Origin: Gemmatimonadales bacterium
GTDB lineage: Bacteria > Gemmatimonadota > Gemmatimonadetes > Gemmatimonadales > GWC2-71-9
Assembly: GCA_035602245.1 (NCBI GenBank)
Contig: DATNMO010000029.1
Location: 3,965 to 67,964 of the forward strand
DNA length: 64,000 nucleotides
Direction: 5' to 3'
The notes under the pieces are model-generated. The model made no database searches, had not been told where the DNA came from, and saw only the letters and a program-made list of their open reading frames with translations. Every line of letters begins with the position of its first letter. The stretch's first letter is position 1. Below, piece after piece: positions 1-8,150 of the stretch. The position numbers and the translations under genes are program-made.

Positions 1-655
1 CGGCGCTTCCGGGCAGATCCTCCGTTCGGCCGCCGCGGGTGATCTGGACGTCGTACTCACGCACGCACCCAGTCTCGAGCAGCGGCTGCTCCTCACGCCG
101 GGGCATGCCGCGTTGCGTTGCCCCTTCGTGGCAAGCCGCTTCGCGATCGTAGGACCCGCCGCCGACCCGGCGCGCGTCGCCGCAGCACGCACCGCGGCCG
201 AGGCGTTCCAGCGCATCGCTACGGCGCGAGCGGCGTTCGTGTCCCGCGGTGATTCCTCCGGGACCCACGTGAAGGAGCTCTCTCTGTGGAAAGCGGCCGG
301 GCTGAGCCCTGGAGAACGGGACAGCTGGTACGTGCAGGCGGGCGTTGATCAAGCCGCGACGCTCCGGATTGCCGACGAGCGACACGCGTACGCGCTCGCG
401 GACCTGCCGACGTTCACGCGTCTCCGAGATCTCGATTTGCAGGTGCTGTTCGCGGCCGACACCGTACTCGCCAATCCCTATACGTTGTACGTTATGCGAT
501 CGCCATCCGCGCATCCCGCCGCTGCGCGGTTCGCCGCCTGGGCGCTGACCGATTGGCGCGCTCGGCTGCTCGCGCTCCGGTTGTCCGGTGGCGCTGCGGC
601 GTTTGCGCCGCTCGCCGGTGGGTGCATCGCGCCCCCCCCGGTGGCCGCACCGTAG
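1..655 (+). CDS. Periplasmic anion-binding protein, tungstate/molybdate type (TupA / PBP_like_2-like); 5' end lies outside the window
   Basis: The frame of the 113..655 ORF stays open back to base 2 (GASGQILRSAAAGDLDVVLTHAPSLEQ...), so the gene enters from upstream. The GDLDVVLTHAP ... RFAIVGPAADPA ... SRGDSSGTH pattern resembles tungstate/molybdate PBPs. A ModE-like regulator follows. Confidence 0.55.
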   Translation, partial: GASGQILRSAAAGDLDVVLTHAPSLEQRLLLTPGHAALRCPFVASRFAIVGPAADPARVAAARTAAEAFQRIATARAAFVSRGDSSGTHVKELSLWKAAGLSPGERDSWYVQAGVDQAATLRIADERHAYALADLPTFTRLRDLDLQVLFAADTVLANPYTLYVMRSPSAHPAAARFAAWALTDWRARLLALRLSGGAAAFAPLAGGCIAPPPVAAP

Positions 656-663
656 GAGGTCGT

Positions 664-1035
664 ATGCTGTTCCCTGATCTCGTCCCCAGAGCGAGCGTCA
701 CCCTGATGCGTCGCGGCGTTCCGGTGATCGGCGAGCGCGAAGCGCGGTTGCTCGAGGCGGTGGAACGCGTGCAGTCGATCAAGGACGCGGCGGCCGCAAC
801 GGGAATCAGCTACCGCACTGCGTGGAGCGCGATTCAGCAGATGGAGAAGGCGCTCGGGCGGCCCATGGTCGCATCGCGCGCCGGTGGGCCCGGCGGTGGC
901 GCCACCACGCTGACCGATGAGTGCCGGCGGCTGCTGGGCGTCTACCAGGATCTGCGGCGCCGGCTCGATGAAGAGCTCGGGCGCGTATGGGAGGCGCGAG
1001 CGGCGCAGCCGCCCGACGGCGAAGCGGGGAGCTAG
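664..1035 (+). CDS. ModE N-terminal-like winged-helix (LysR-type HTH) molybdenum-responsive regulator
   Basis: ATG at 664 is preceded by TAGGAGG. GEREARLLEAVERVQSIKDAAAATGISYRTAWSAIQQMEKALGRPMV matches the ModE-type HTH. It is short and has no Mop domain. Confidence 0.65.
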   Translation: MLFPDLVPRASVTLMRRGVPVIGEREARLLEAVERVQSIKDAAAATGISYRTAWSAIQQMEKALGRPMVASRAGGPGGGATTLTDECRRLLGVYQDLRRRLDEELGRVWEARAAQPPDGEAGS

Positions 1036-1430
1036 CGGATCACCGCGAGCGCGTATCCGCCGGGTAGAGGTCGCAGCTGGTAGTTCGGTAGCGCCACGCC
1101 ATCGACGCTGCCGCTGTACTGGCTCACCGCGTTGACGTCCGCGACCCCAACCGTGAGAATGGTCGCGTTGCTGTTCAACTGGCCCACGAGCGCAAAACGC
1201 GTGGTGCTTCCCAACGTTTGCTGGAACAGGCGGAGTCCCGGTCCCGGTGTGGCACTCGTGAGTGCGGTCGGGCCCGTGATCGTGATCACGATCGCCGAGT
1301 CCGCGCCCGAATTGGGCGAGATAAGCCGCACGTTCAGATTTCCCGCCGTGGGGCCCGTGCCGCTCTTGCCACAGCTGAGACCCGCTACGACCACCGCAAC
1401 AGCAGCTGCGACTCCCCAGATGCGCCTCAT
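1032..1430 (-). CDS. Hypothetical lipoprotein
   Basis: MRRIWGVAAAVAVVVAGLSCGK is a signal peptide plus lipobox. The ATG overlaps the stop of the upstream M6 protease gene (ATGA at 1427..1430). Confidence 0.55.
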   Translation of the reverse strand: MRRIWGVAAAVAVVVAGLSCGKSGTGPTAGNLNVRLISPNSGADSAIVITITGPTALTSATPGPGLRLFQQTLGSTTRFALVGQLNSNATILTVGVADVNAVSQYSGSVDGVALPNYQLRPLPGGYALAVIR

Positions 1431-3727
1431 CGCCGGTCTCCCTTCGCGGCACCGACCTGCGCCATGAGTGCCGCGCTCAGCGGCGCGCCTGTCGCCTTCA
1501 CCCACGCGAGGAAGTCACCGATGTCGAACAGGCCGTTGTTGTTGCCGCGGGAATCCAGGTACTGGATTTGCGCCTGGGTGAGCGGAGCGGTCGGGCCCAG
1601 CAGTTGGGCAACCACGTCGGCGGTCGCGAGCGGTGTGGCGAAATTGGCCACCACGGTGTACGGTCGCCCCATCGGCAGCCTGATGACGAGATTGCTCGAC
1701 GACGTGTCGCCCGACCAGCCGAAGAACGCCATGCCAGGGTTGGGCGTAGCGGTGAGCTGCACCGCCCTGCCCTCGACGATGAACGTACCGGCGAGGTTGA
1801 TGGCCGTATCCGACGTGATCGTTCCGCCGGCGGTCGCGGTGGCGATCAACATCAAGTCGCGATTCAGCGTGGCCGTGAACGTTCCCCCGGCGAGGCTGCC
1901 GGTGATCGTATGCGTTCGCGGCTGCGCGTCGGACCAGGAGACAAAATGGAACCGGCGTCTCCCGTCTATCGAAGTTTGCGGGTCGGCGATGCTCACCGTA
2001 TGGGTCGACCCGTTATCGAGCAAATCGCGGAAGACGTTGTAGTTCGTGCCGTCTACCTGTAGCACAGAGGTGGTGTCAGTACCGCGCACTACCGTCACTC
2101 CGCCGAATCGCAAGCGAAACGCCATCTCCCCACCCGTCAGGACCTGACGAATCGAGTCGATGGCGAATCCCGCAAACGTGTTGTCCACGTTCTTGAGCGG
2201 CGCGGGATTGGTGCGGGGGGTGAAGGCTGTATTGCCGGTCACGCCGGGATACGGATCACCCGCGTCGCCGCGCCGCCTCGGGTACGTCGCATTCGGGTCG
2301 TCCAGCTGCCCCAGCCCATCGGCCTGCATCAACCGCAGGCCATGGATCGGACCCGAGTTGACCCTATTGCCGGCATGGAAGCCGTACGCGGCAATCTGAG
2401 TCTGGTCCACGTGCCAGATGAGGAGGCCGCCGTTACATGCGGGCGGGGGGCCGAAGCCCGATCGAGCGCAATGAATGCGGATCAATGCCGTATCGGCTAG
2501 GGACGCCTGGCGATTCTCGATGAGAAACGACTCGGCCCGCGGGTTCGCGCCCTGTACATTGACGAGGAACGCCGTATCGGACACCGGGGCCGCGCCCACG
2601 TGATAGGTCCCGGCCGTCGTGAGCGGCACCACGGTCACCCACCCCAGCTGATTAAGCGACCAGGCCTCATAGCGGGCGGGACTTGAGGCGCTCGTGTAAT
2701 TCCCGGAGCCCATCAGGCCCCACTGGCCGATGCCCTCGGTGGGACCACGCGTGTCATACAAGTCAGGCAGGCCGAGCGCGTGGCCGAATTCGTGGGCGGC
2801 GGTGCCGATCGGCATGATCTGGGTGCTGTCGCAGGACGTCGTCCCGCCCAGGCCGCTCGACATGAAGTAGTCGCTGATGCGGATGTTGCCGAAGCCGGGC
2901 TTTGCAGACAGATCGTTGGTGACGAAGTCCTGATAATAGGTCTGCGTGGAATCCACCAACACGTAGCGGTGTGACCAAATGTGATTGTTTGACGAGCCGC
3001 CACAGGCTCCGTCGCGCGTGGCGTGCGCGAACATGATCATGTCCACGTAACCGTCATCATCACCGGAGTTGGGGATTCCGTCCGGCCCATCGTTGTCGAA
3101 CTGGCCGAAGTCGACCGTGGCATCGAGGCGCGATAACGCCAAGCGCATCCCGCCCTGCATCCCCTTCACCGCCGCGTCACTGAAGATCCCGTTGCAATTC
3201 GTCGTTCCGAACGGATTGCCCGTGCAGCTGCCCGCCGTGCCGGTGTAGGAGGACTCCGTGTTGTCGAGCCGCACCCAGCCCAGCACCTGGCCCTGCATGG
3301 TCAGCAAGCCGTTCGACAACTCCTGGTAGAACGTGCGAACGGTGTAGGGATTGGTTCCGGGAGGCGTCGTGCCGAACAGCACCGTCGCGTATTGAGAGGG
3401 AGCACGCATGAACTGCGCTGAGTCGATTCCTTGATAACTGAAGAGCACCGCCGGGACGGTGTGCGTCGCAGCGAAGGCGGCGGCTGAGGAGCTGGAGATT
3501 CCCTGCGCCATCGGCGCGTTGAGCGCCGAAAAATTTCGGCTCGTCATGAGCTGGCTGCGAAGGGCTGCCACACGCTCGGCCCTGACGCGCCAAGCCCCGT
3601 TGGGGCGGAAGTCGAATCCGGGGATCTCCCAGCGGGGATGCATCTGGTTTTGCGCAGCGGCTGCGACGGGAAACGCAAACAGACACAGGGCAGCAGCGCC
3701 CAATGATCTCACGACGTGTGATCTCAC
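1427..3727 (-). CDS. M6 family (immune inhibitor A-like) secreted zinc metalloprotease with C-terminal repeat domains
   Basis: It has the HEFGHALGLPDLYD zinc motif and an N-terminal signal peptide (SLGAAALCLFAFPVAAAAQ). Two FxxWSxD-type repeat modules and a terminal DSRGNNNGLFDIGDFLAWV Ca-loop/dockerin-like motif follow. The GTG at 3727 sits 6 nt after GGAGG; the track start at 3730 is TTG. Confidence 0.85.
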   Translation of the reverse strand: MRSHVVRSLGAAALCLFAFPVAAAAQNQMHPRWEIPGFDFRPNGAWRVRAERVAALRSQLMTSRNFSALNAPMAQGISSSSAAAFAATHTVPAVLFSYQGIDSAQFMRAPSQYATVLFGTTPPGTNPYTVRTFYQELSNGLLTMQGQVLGWVRLDNTESSYTGTAGSCTGNPFGTTNCNGIFSDAAVKGMQGGMRLALSRLDATVDFGQFDNDGPDGIPNSGDDDGYVDMIMFAHATRDGACGGSSNNHIWSHRYVLVDSTQTYYQDFVTNDLSAKPGFGNIRISDYFMSSGLGGTTSCDSTQIMPIGTAAHEFGHALGLPDLYDTRGPTEGIGQWGLMGSGNYTSASSPARYEAWSLNQLGWVTVVPLTTAGTYHVGAAPVSDTAFLVNVQGANPRAESFLIENRQASLADTALIRIHCARSGFGPPPACNGGLLIWHVDQTQIAAYGFHAGNRVNSGPIHGLRLMQADGLGQLDDPNATYPRRRGDAGDPYPGVTGNTAFTPRTNPAPLKNVDNTFAGFAIDSIRQVLTGGEMAFRLRFGGVTVVRGTDTTSVLQVDGTNYNVFRDLLDNGSTHTVSIADPQTSIDGRRRFHFVSWSDAQPRTHTITGSLAGGTFTATLNRDLMLIATATAGGTITSDTAINLAGTFIVEGRAVQLTATPNPGMAFFGWSGDTSSSNLVIRLPMGRPYTVVANFATPLATADVVAQLLGPTAPLTQAQIQYLDSRGNNNGLFDIGDFLAWVKATGAPLSAALMAQVGAAKGDRR

Positions 3728-3932
3728 CAAAAACCTCCGGGGGTACGAAGCGCCGGTCGCGCATCCGCAATCTAGACTAGGGGGTCACGGCCGCGGAAGC
3801 TGTGCGGGGCCTCACACGCTGAAACGCGCGAGCCCCCGACACCGTAGCTAACTCCAGTAGCGACTCACCCTTGCCAATTCCGGACCGCTGGGCTAACCTG
3901 TACCACCGCTCATCATAGGGATTCGAGGCCGC

Positions 3933-5138
3933 GTGCGCACAGAGACCCTGCAGCACATCGCGCTGTTCGACAAATGCAAGAACTTCACCCGGGCGCGCGA
4001 AGTCCAGGCTGCCGGGCTGTATCCGTACTTCAAACCCATCACCCGCTCCGAAGACACGGTCGTCATCATCGAGGGCCAAGAGCGGATCATGATGGGCTCG
4101 AACAATTACCTCGGGCTCACCCACCATCCGGACGTACTGGCCGCGGCCAAAGCGGCGTTGGAGCGTTACGGCTCCGGCTGCACCGGCAGCCGCTTCCTCA
4201 ACGGCACGCTGGATCTGCACGAGCAGCTCGAGGCCGAGCTGGCGGAGTTCTTCGGCAAAGAGTCCTGTCTCGTCTTCTCGACCGGGTACCAGGCCAATCT
4301 CGGCGTCATCTCCGGCCTCGTAGGCCGCAGCGACGTGGTGTTCTTGGACAAGCTGGACCATGCCTCGATCGTGGACGGCGCGAAGATGTCGCACGGCGAG
4401 ACCGTGCGCTTCAACCACGGCGACCTGGTGAGCCTCGAGCGGAAAATGCAGCGGATGCCTGAGGGCACCGGCATGATGATCGTCGTGGATGGCGTGTACT
4501 CGATGGAAGGCGACATCGCGGACGTGCCCGGCCTGCTCAAAGTCGCCCAGAAATACGGCGCCGCGCTCGCGGTTGATGACGCCCACTCCGTCGGCGTGCT
4601 CGGCCCGCGCGGGGACGGCACCGCGGCGCATTTCGATGTCGTCGACGATGTCGATCTGATCGTCGGCACGTTCTCCAAATCGCTGGCGTCGATCGGCGGC
4701 TTCGCGACGGGGACCGACTCCGTCATTCATTATCTGCGCCACCACGCCCGCCCGATGATTTTCACCGCTGCCCTGCCCCCGGCCAACACCGCCGGCGTGC
4801 TGGCCGCCCTGCACGTGATGCAGCGCGAGCCCGAGCGGCGGGAGCAGCTGTGGATCAATACCCGCCACCTGCAGGACGGCCTCCGCTCTCTGGGCTTCGA
4901 CATCGGGCCCACCGAGACGCCCATCGTGCCGGTCCTGATCGGTCCGCTCGAGAAGACGTTCCTGTTCTGGCGGCACCTGTTCGACGCCGGGGTCTTTACC
5001 AATCCTGTGGTGCCGCCCGCGGTGCCGCCGTCCCAGTGCCGGCTGCGCACCAGCCTGATGGCGACCCACACGGCCGATCAGATCGACCTCGCCCTCGAGG
5101 TCTTCGGCCGGCTGGGGAAAGAGCTGGGGGTTATCTGA
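3933..5138 (+). CDS. Alpha-oxoamine synthase family PLP enzyme, serine palmitoyltransferase-like (automatic annotation would probably say 8-amino-7-oxononanoate synthase or glycine C-acetyltransferase)
   Basis: GLYPYF, GSGCTGSRFLNGTLDLHEQLE, the PLP lysine in GTFSKSLASIGGF, and C-terminal RLRTSLMATHTADQID closely resemble bacterial SPT sequences as I remember them. Confidence 0.85.
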   Translation: MRTETLQHIALFDKCKNFTRAREVQAAGLYPYFKPITRSEDTVVIIEGQERIMMGSNNYLGLTHHPDVLAAAKAALERYGSGCTGSRFLNGTLDLHEQLEAELAEFFGKESCLVFSTGYQANLGVISGLVGRSDVVFLDKLDHASIVDGAKMSHGETVRFNHGDLVSLERKMQRMPEGTGMMIVVDGVYSMEGDIADVPGLLKVAQKYGAALAVDDAHSVGVLGPRGDGTAAHFDVVDDVDLIVGTFSKSLASIGGFATGTDSVIHYLRHHARPMIFTAALPPANTAGVLAALHVMQREPERREQLWINTRHLQDGLRSLGFDIGPTETPIVPVLIGPLEKTFLFWRHLFDAGVFTNPVVPPAVPPSQCRLRTSLMATHTADQIDLALEVFGRLGKELGVI

Positions 5139-5143
5139 CCGCA

Positions 5144-6256
5144 GTGGAGATCGTGCCCGTCTCCGACGGGCGCGGTCTCGATCGATTCATCGCCTTCCCG
5201 TACCACCACTACCGCGACGATCCCCTGTGGGTGCCGCAGCTACGCCGCGACATCCATACGCTGCTTTCGCCGAAGAAGAATCCGTTCTTTGAGCATGCCG
5301 AAGCCCGGTACTTCCTGGCGGTCCGACGGGCCGACGGGAAGGTGGTCGGGCGCATTGGCGCCATCAAGAACGACGCCCACAACCGTGAGCATAACGATCG
5401 CGTGGGGTTCTACGGATTCTTTGAATCCATCGACGATCAAGCCGTCGCAAACATTCTCTTCGATACGGCGGCCGCCTGGCTGCGGGCGCGGGGCTTCGAT
5501 ACCATGCGCGGTCCCATGAGTCCCTCGATCAATGACGAGTGCGGTCTGCTCCTCGAGAACAACGGCACGCCACCCTCGCTGATGATGCCCTACAACCCGC
5601 CTTACTATCGCGCCCTGCATGAGCGGTATGGGTTCACGAAGGCGAAGGACCTGCTCGCGTTCGAAGGGGGCGGAGCCACGGCGCCCGAGCGACTCCTGCG
5701 CCTCGCCGGGCGCGCCGCGGAGCGAGCCGGCGTCACGCTGCGCCCGCTCGAGATGAAGCGCTTCGCCGCGGAAGTCGAGTTGGTCAAGGCGCTATACAAT
5801 CGCGCCTGGGAGAAGAATTGGGGCTTCGTACCGCTGACCGAAGCGGAGATCGACCACCTCGCCAAACAGCTGAAGCCGATCGTCGTGCCGGATCTCGTGG
5901 TGTTCGCCGAGCGCGCGGGCGAAGTCGTGGGATTCGGCGTCGGCCTGCCCGACTTCAATCTCGCGCTCCTGCACAACCGATCGGGGCGGCTGTTCCCCGG
6001 GATCCTCAAGGTGCTGTGGCACGCCCGCAAGATTCATCGCGCCCGCATCCTGCTGCTCGGCGTCATTCCCGAGCTTCGCGGCCGCGGGATCGACGGCGTG
6101 CTGTACCACTGGGTGTGGAATGCGTGCGTCAAGCACGGCATGCCGCAGGGCGAAGGCGGCTGGATCCTCGAGGATAACGCGCCCATGGTCAAGGCCGCCG
6201 AGCAGCTCGGCTTCCACGTCTCCAAGGTTTACCGCGTCTACGACAAGCCGCTGTGA
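5144..6256 (+). CDS. GNAT-like N-acyltransferase (candidate bacterial ceramide synthase)
   Basis: The ORF frame continues right after the upstream stop, and I chose the GTG at 5144 (start uncertain). It is about 370 aa and reads FIAFPYHHYRDDPLWVPQLRRD...GRIGAIKNDAHN...GFYGFFES. The acyl-CoA N-acyltransferase-like C-terminal half contains RGRGIDGVLY. Confidence 0.6.
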   Translation: MEIVPVSDGRGLDRFIAFPYHHYRDDPLWVPQLRRDIHTLLSPKKNPFFEHAEARYFLAVRRADGKVVGRIGAIKNDAHNREHNDRVGFYGFFESIDDQAVANILFDTAAAWLRARGFDTMRGPMSPSINDECGLLLENNGTPPSLMMPYNPPYYRALHERYGFTKAKDLLAFEGGGATAPERLLRLAGRAAERAGVTLRPLEMKRFAAEVELVKALYNRAWEKNWGFVPLTEAEIDHLAKQLKPIVVPDLVVFAERAGEVVGFGVGLPDFNLALLHNRSGRLFPGILKVLWHARKIHRARILLLGVIPELRGRGIDGVLYHWVWNACVKHGMPQGEGGWILEDNAPMVKAAEQLGFHVSKVYRVYDKPL

Positions 6257-7224
6257 ACATCTTCGTGACCGGTGGCACCGGCTTTGTCGGTGCCCACCTG
6301 GTGAACGCGCTGCGCGCGCGCGGGGACTCCGTCACTTGCCTCGTACGCCGGCCGGCGCTGGCCGAGCGGCTCGGCTGGGGCGAGGGCGTGCGGCTCGTGC
6401 GCGGGGATCTCGATGATGCGAACGCATTGCGGCAGGGATGCGCCGACGCGGATATCGTGTTTCACGTCGCGGGAAAGATCGCGGCCCGGGACGCGGTCGA
6501 GTTCATGGCAACGAACCGCGACGGCACAGCCAACGTGCTCGAGGCGGCCGGAGAACAAGGGGTGGGGCGCTTCGTGCTCGTCTCCTCGCTCGCCTCGGCG
6601 GGGCCTACCGTGCCCGGTCAGCCGATCGATGAAACCCGTCCGCCCGCTCCGGTCACCGACTATGGGCGATCGAAACTCGCCGCCGAGGTGCTGGTGCGCG
6701 CGATGCGGGTGCCGTGGACCATCGTGCGTCCGCCAGTGGTGTATGGGGAATGGGACCGTGGCACGCTCAAGATCTTCCAGCTCACCAAGCGCGGCGTTGT
6801 GCCGGTGTTCGGCGACGGCTCGCAAGAGTTGTCGGTGATTCATGCCGAGGACCTCGCGCGCGCGCTGATCGCCGCTGGTAAGGGGGCGGCGGCCGCCGGC
6901 CACGTCTACTTCGCCGCCCATCCCGAACCGACGACCAGCCGCGAGCTCGTTCTGGCCTGCGGCCGGGCCCTCGGAACCACGCCGCGCGTCCTCCCCGTGC
7001 CCCCATTCGTGGCGCGCGGCGTGCTGTGGGTGGCCGGAGCCCTTGCGCATCTGGCCGGCCGCGCCACCTTGCTGTCGGCTGACAAGGGGAACGAATACCT
7101 CGCCCCGGCGTGGACGTGCCGGAGCGATGCGCTCACGCGCGATACCGGCTGGCGCGCCGAGATCGGCCTCGACGCGGGATTGCGCCGCGCCGCCGACTGG
7201 TACCGGGAGGTGGGATGGCTTTGA
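6253..7224 (+). CDS. NAD(P)-dependent epimerase/dehydratase family SDR (candidate ceramide/3-ketosphinganine reductase)
   Basis: NIFVTGGTGFVGAHLV is a Rossmann motif. There is a GTGA overlap with the upstream stop. Confidence 0.85.
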   Translation: MNIFVTGGTGFVGAHLVNALRARGDSVTCLVRRPALAERLGWGEGVRLVRGDLDDANALRQGCADADIVFHVAGKIAARDAVEFMATNRDGTANVLEAAGEQGVGRFVLVSSLASAGPTVPGQPIDETRPPAPVTDYGRSKLAAEVLVRAMRVPWTIVRPPVVYGEWDRGTLKIFQLTKRGVVPVFGDGSQELSVIHAEDLARALIAAGKGAAAAGHVYFAAHPEPTTSRELVLACGRALGTTPRVLPVPPFVARGVLWVAGALAHLAGRATLLSADKGNEYLAPAWTCRSDALTRDTGWRAEIGLDAGLRRAADWYREVGWL

Positions 7225-8150
7225 GCGGGCGGAAGTGGAGCGGAGGCGCGACACTGTGGCGATGTTTCACGGCAATCGACCTCGCCACGCTTGCCTATGT
7301 GGCAATCGCGACCGGCGCCGTGACCATTTCGTTCGAGGGCGACGCCATTCCCGGTTGGCCGTGGCTACTCACGGCGCATACGCTGATCGTGGTGCTGGTC
7401 GTGCTCGCCCCGCGGGCTCGCGCCGCCGGACCGGTGGGCCGGTTCCTCGGCGACTGGTATCCGATGCTGCTGTTGGGCGCGTTGTACGCAGAGATCGGGG
7501 TGCTCACGCTCGACGCCGGCTTCCAGAACGACCTGCCGATCCAACGGCTCGAAGCGTGGGTGTTCGGGTCGCAGGTCTCTTATCGCTGGATCCGCGAGTC
7601 GGCGAGCCCCCTGTTATCGTGGATGCTGCACGCGTGCTACGTCGCGTATTACCCGATTCTGTACGCCTCACCCCTGGGCCTGTGGATCGTCGGCCGGCGC
7701 GACGCGTCGCGGCACACGATCTTCGCGGTCATGGCCACGTTCTACCTCTGCTACGTCGTGTTCCTCTTTTTCCCGGTGGCGGGTCCGCGGTACGCATTCG
7801 ACGCCGCGCACAATGTCGCCACTGAGGTCTGGCCGGCGCGCTTCGCCTCCTGGCTCCTCGACCGGGGTGACTCGTGGGGTGCCGCCTTCCCGTCGTCCCA
7901 CGTGGCGGCGTCGGTGGTGGCCACCGGAATGGCCCTGCGCTACTGGCGCACTCTGGGGCTCGTGCTCCTGCCCTTCACCGCGGGCCTGCTCCTGGCTGTC
8001 GTGTACGGGCAGTTCCACTACGCGGTGGACGCGCTCGCGGGGTTGATGGTCGCCGCGCTGATGCTGGGCATCATGCAGACGGCCGAGGCCGCCGAGCGCC
8101 GGCGAGTGCCCGTCGGGGACTACGGCGTCGAGCGGGAGAGCAGCGCCTAG
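7215..8150 (+). CDS. PAP2 (lipid phosphate phosphatase / Aur1-like PAP2_3) family integral membrane protein
   Basis: It is a multi-TM protein with FPSSHVA (C2 motif) and FHYAVDALAG (C3 motif). The ATG at 7215 overlaps the upstream gene by 10 nt. Confidence 0.8.
   Translation: MALSGRKWSGGATLWRCFTAIDLATLAYVAIATGAVTISFEGDAIPGWPWLLTAHTLIVVLVVLAPRARAAGPVGRFLGDWYPMLLLGALYAEIGVLTLDAGFQNDLPIQRLEAWVFGSQVSYRWIRESASPLLSWMLHACYVAYYPILYASPLGLWIVGRRDASRHTIFAVMATFYLCYVVFLFFPVAGPRYAFDAAHNVATEVWPARFASWLLDRGDSWGAAFPSSHVAASVVATGMALRYWRTLGLVLLPFTAGLLLAVVYGQFHYAVDALAGLMVAALMLGIMQTAEAAERRRVPVGDYGVERESSA

Noticed and set aside
1250-1265. A second TGGCAC hexamer (TGGCACTCGTGAGTGC) that could be a sigma-54 -24 element
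   Set aside because: The GC of the putative -12 element is shifted by one position relative to TGGCAC-N5-TTGC. The site lies inside the lipoprotein CDS on the opposite strand, and no plus-strand gene follows it. Other TGGCAC occurrences I noticed (near 28950, 32575 and 33390) also lack a correctly spaced -12 element.
3704-3727. The 9-bp direct repeat TGATCTCAC occurs twice at 15-bp spacing at the 5' end of the M6 protease gene, giving VRSHVVRS and two in-frame GTGs
   Set aside because: It looks like a small in-frame duplication within the signal-peptide n-region. Only the distal GTG has a Shine-Dalgarno sequence. I see no regulatory structure.
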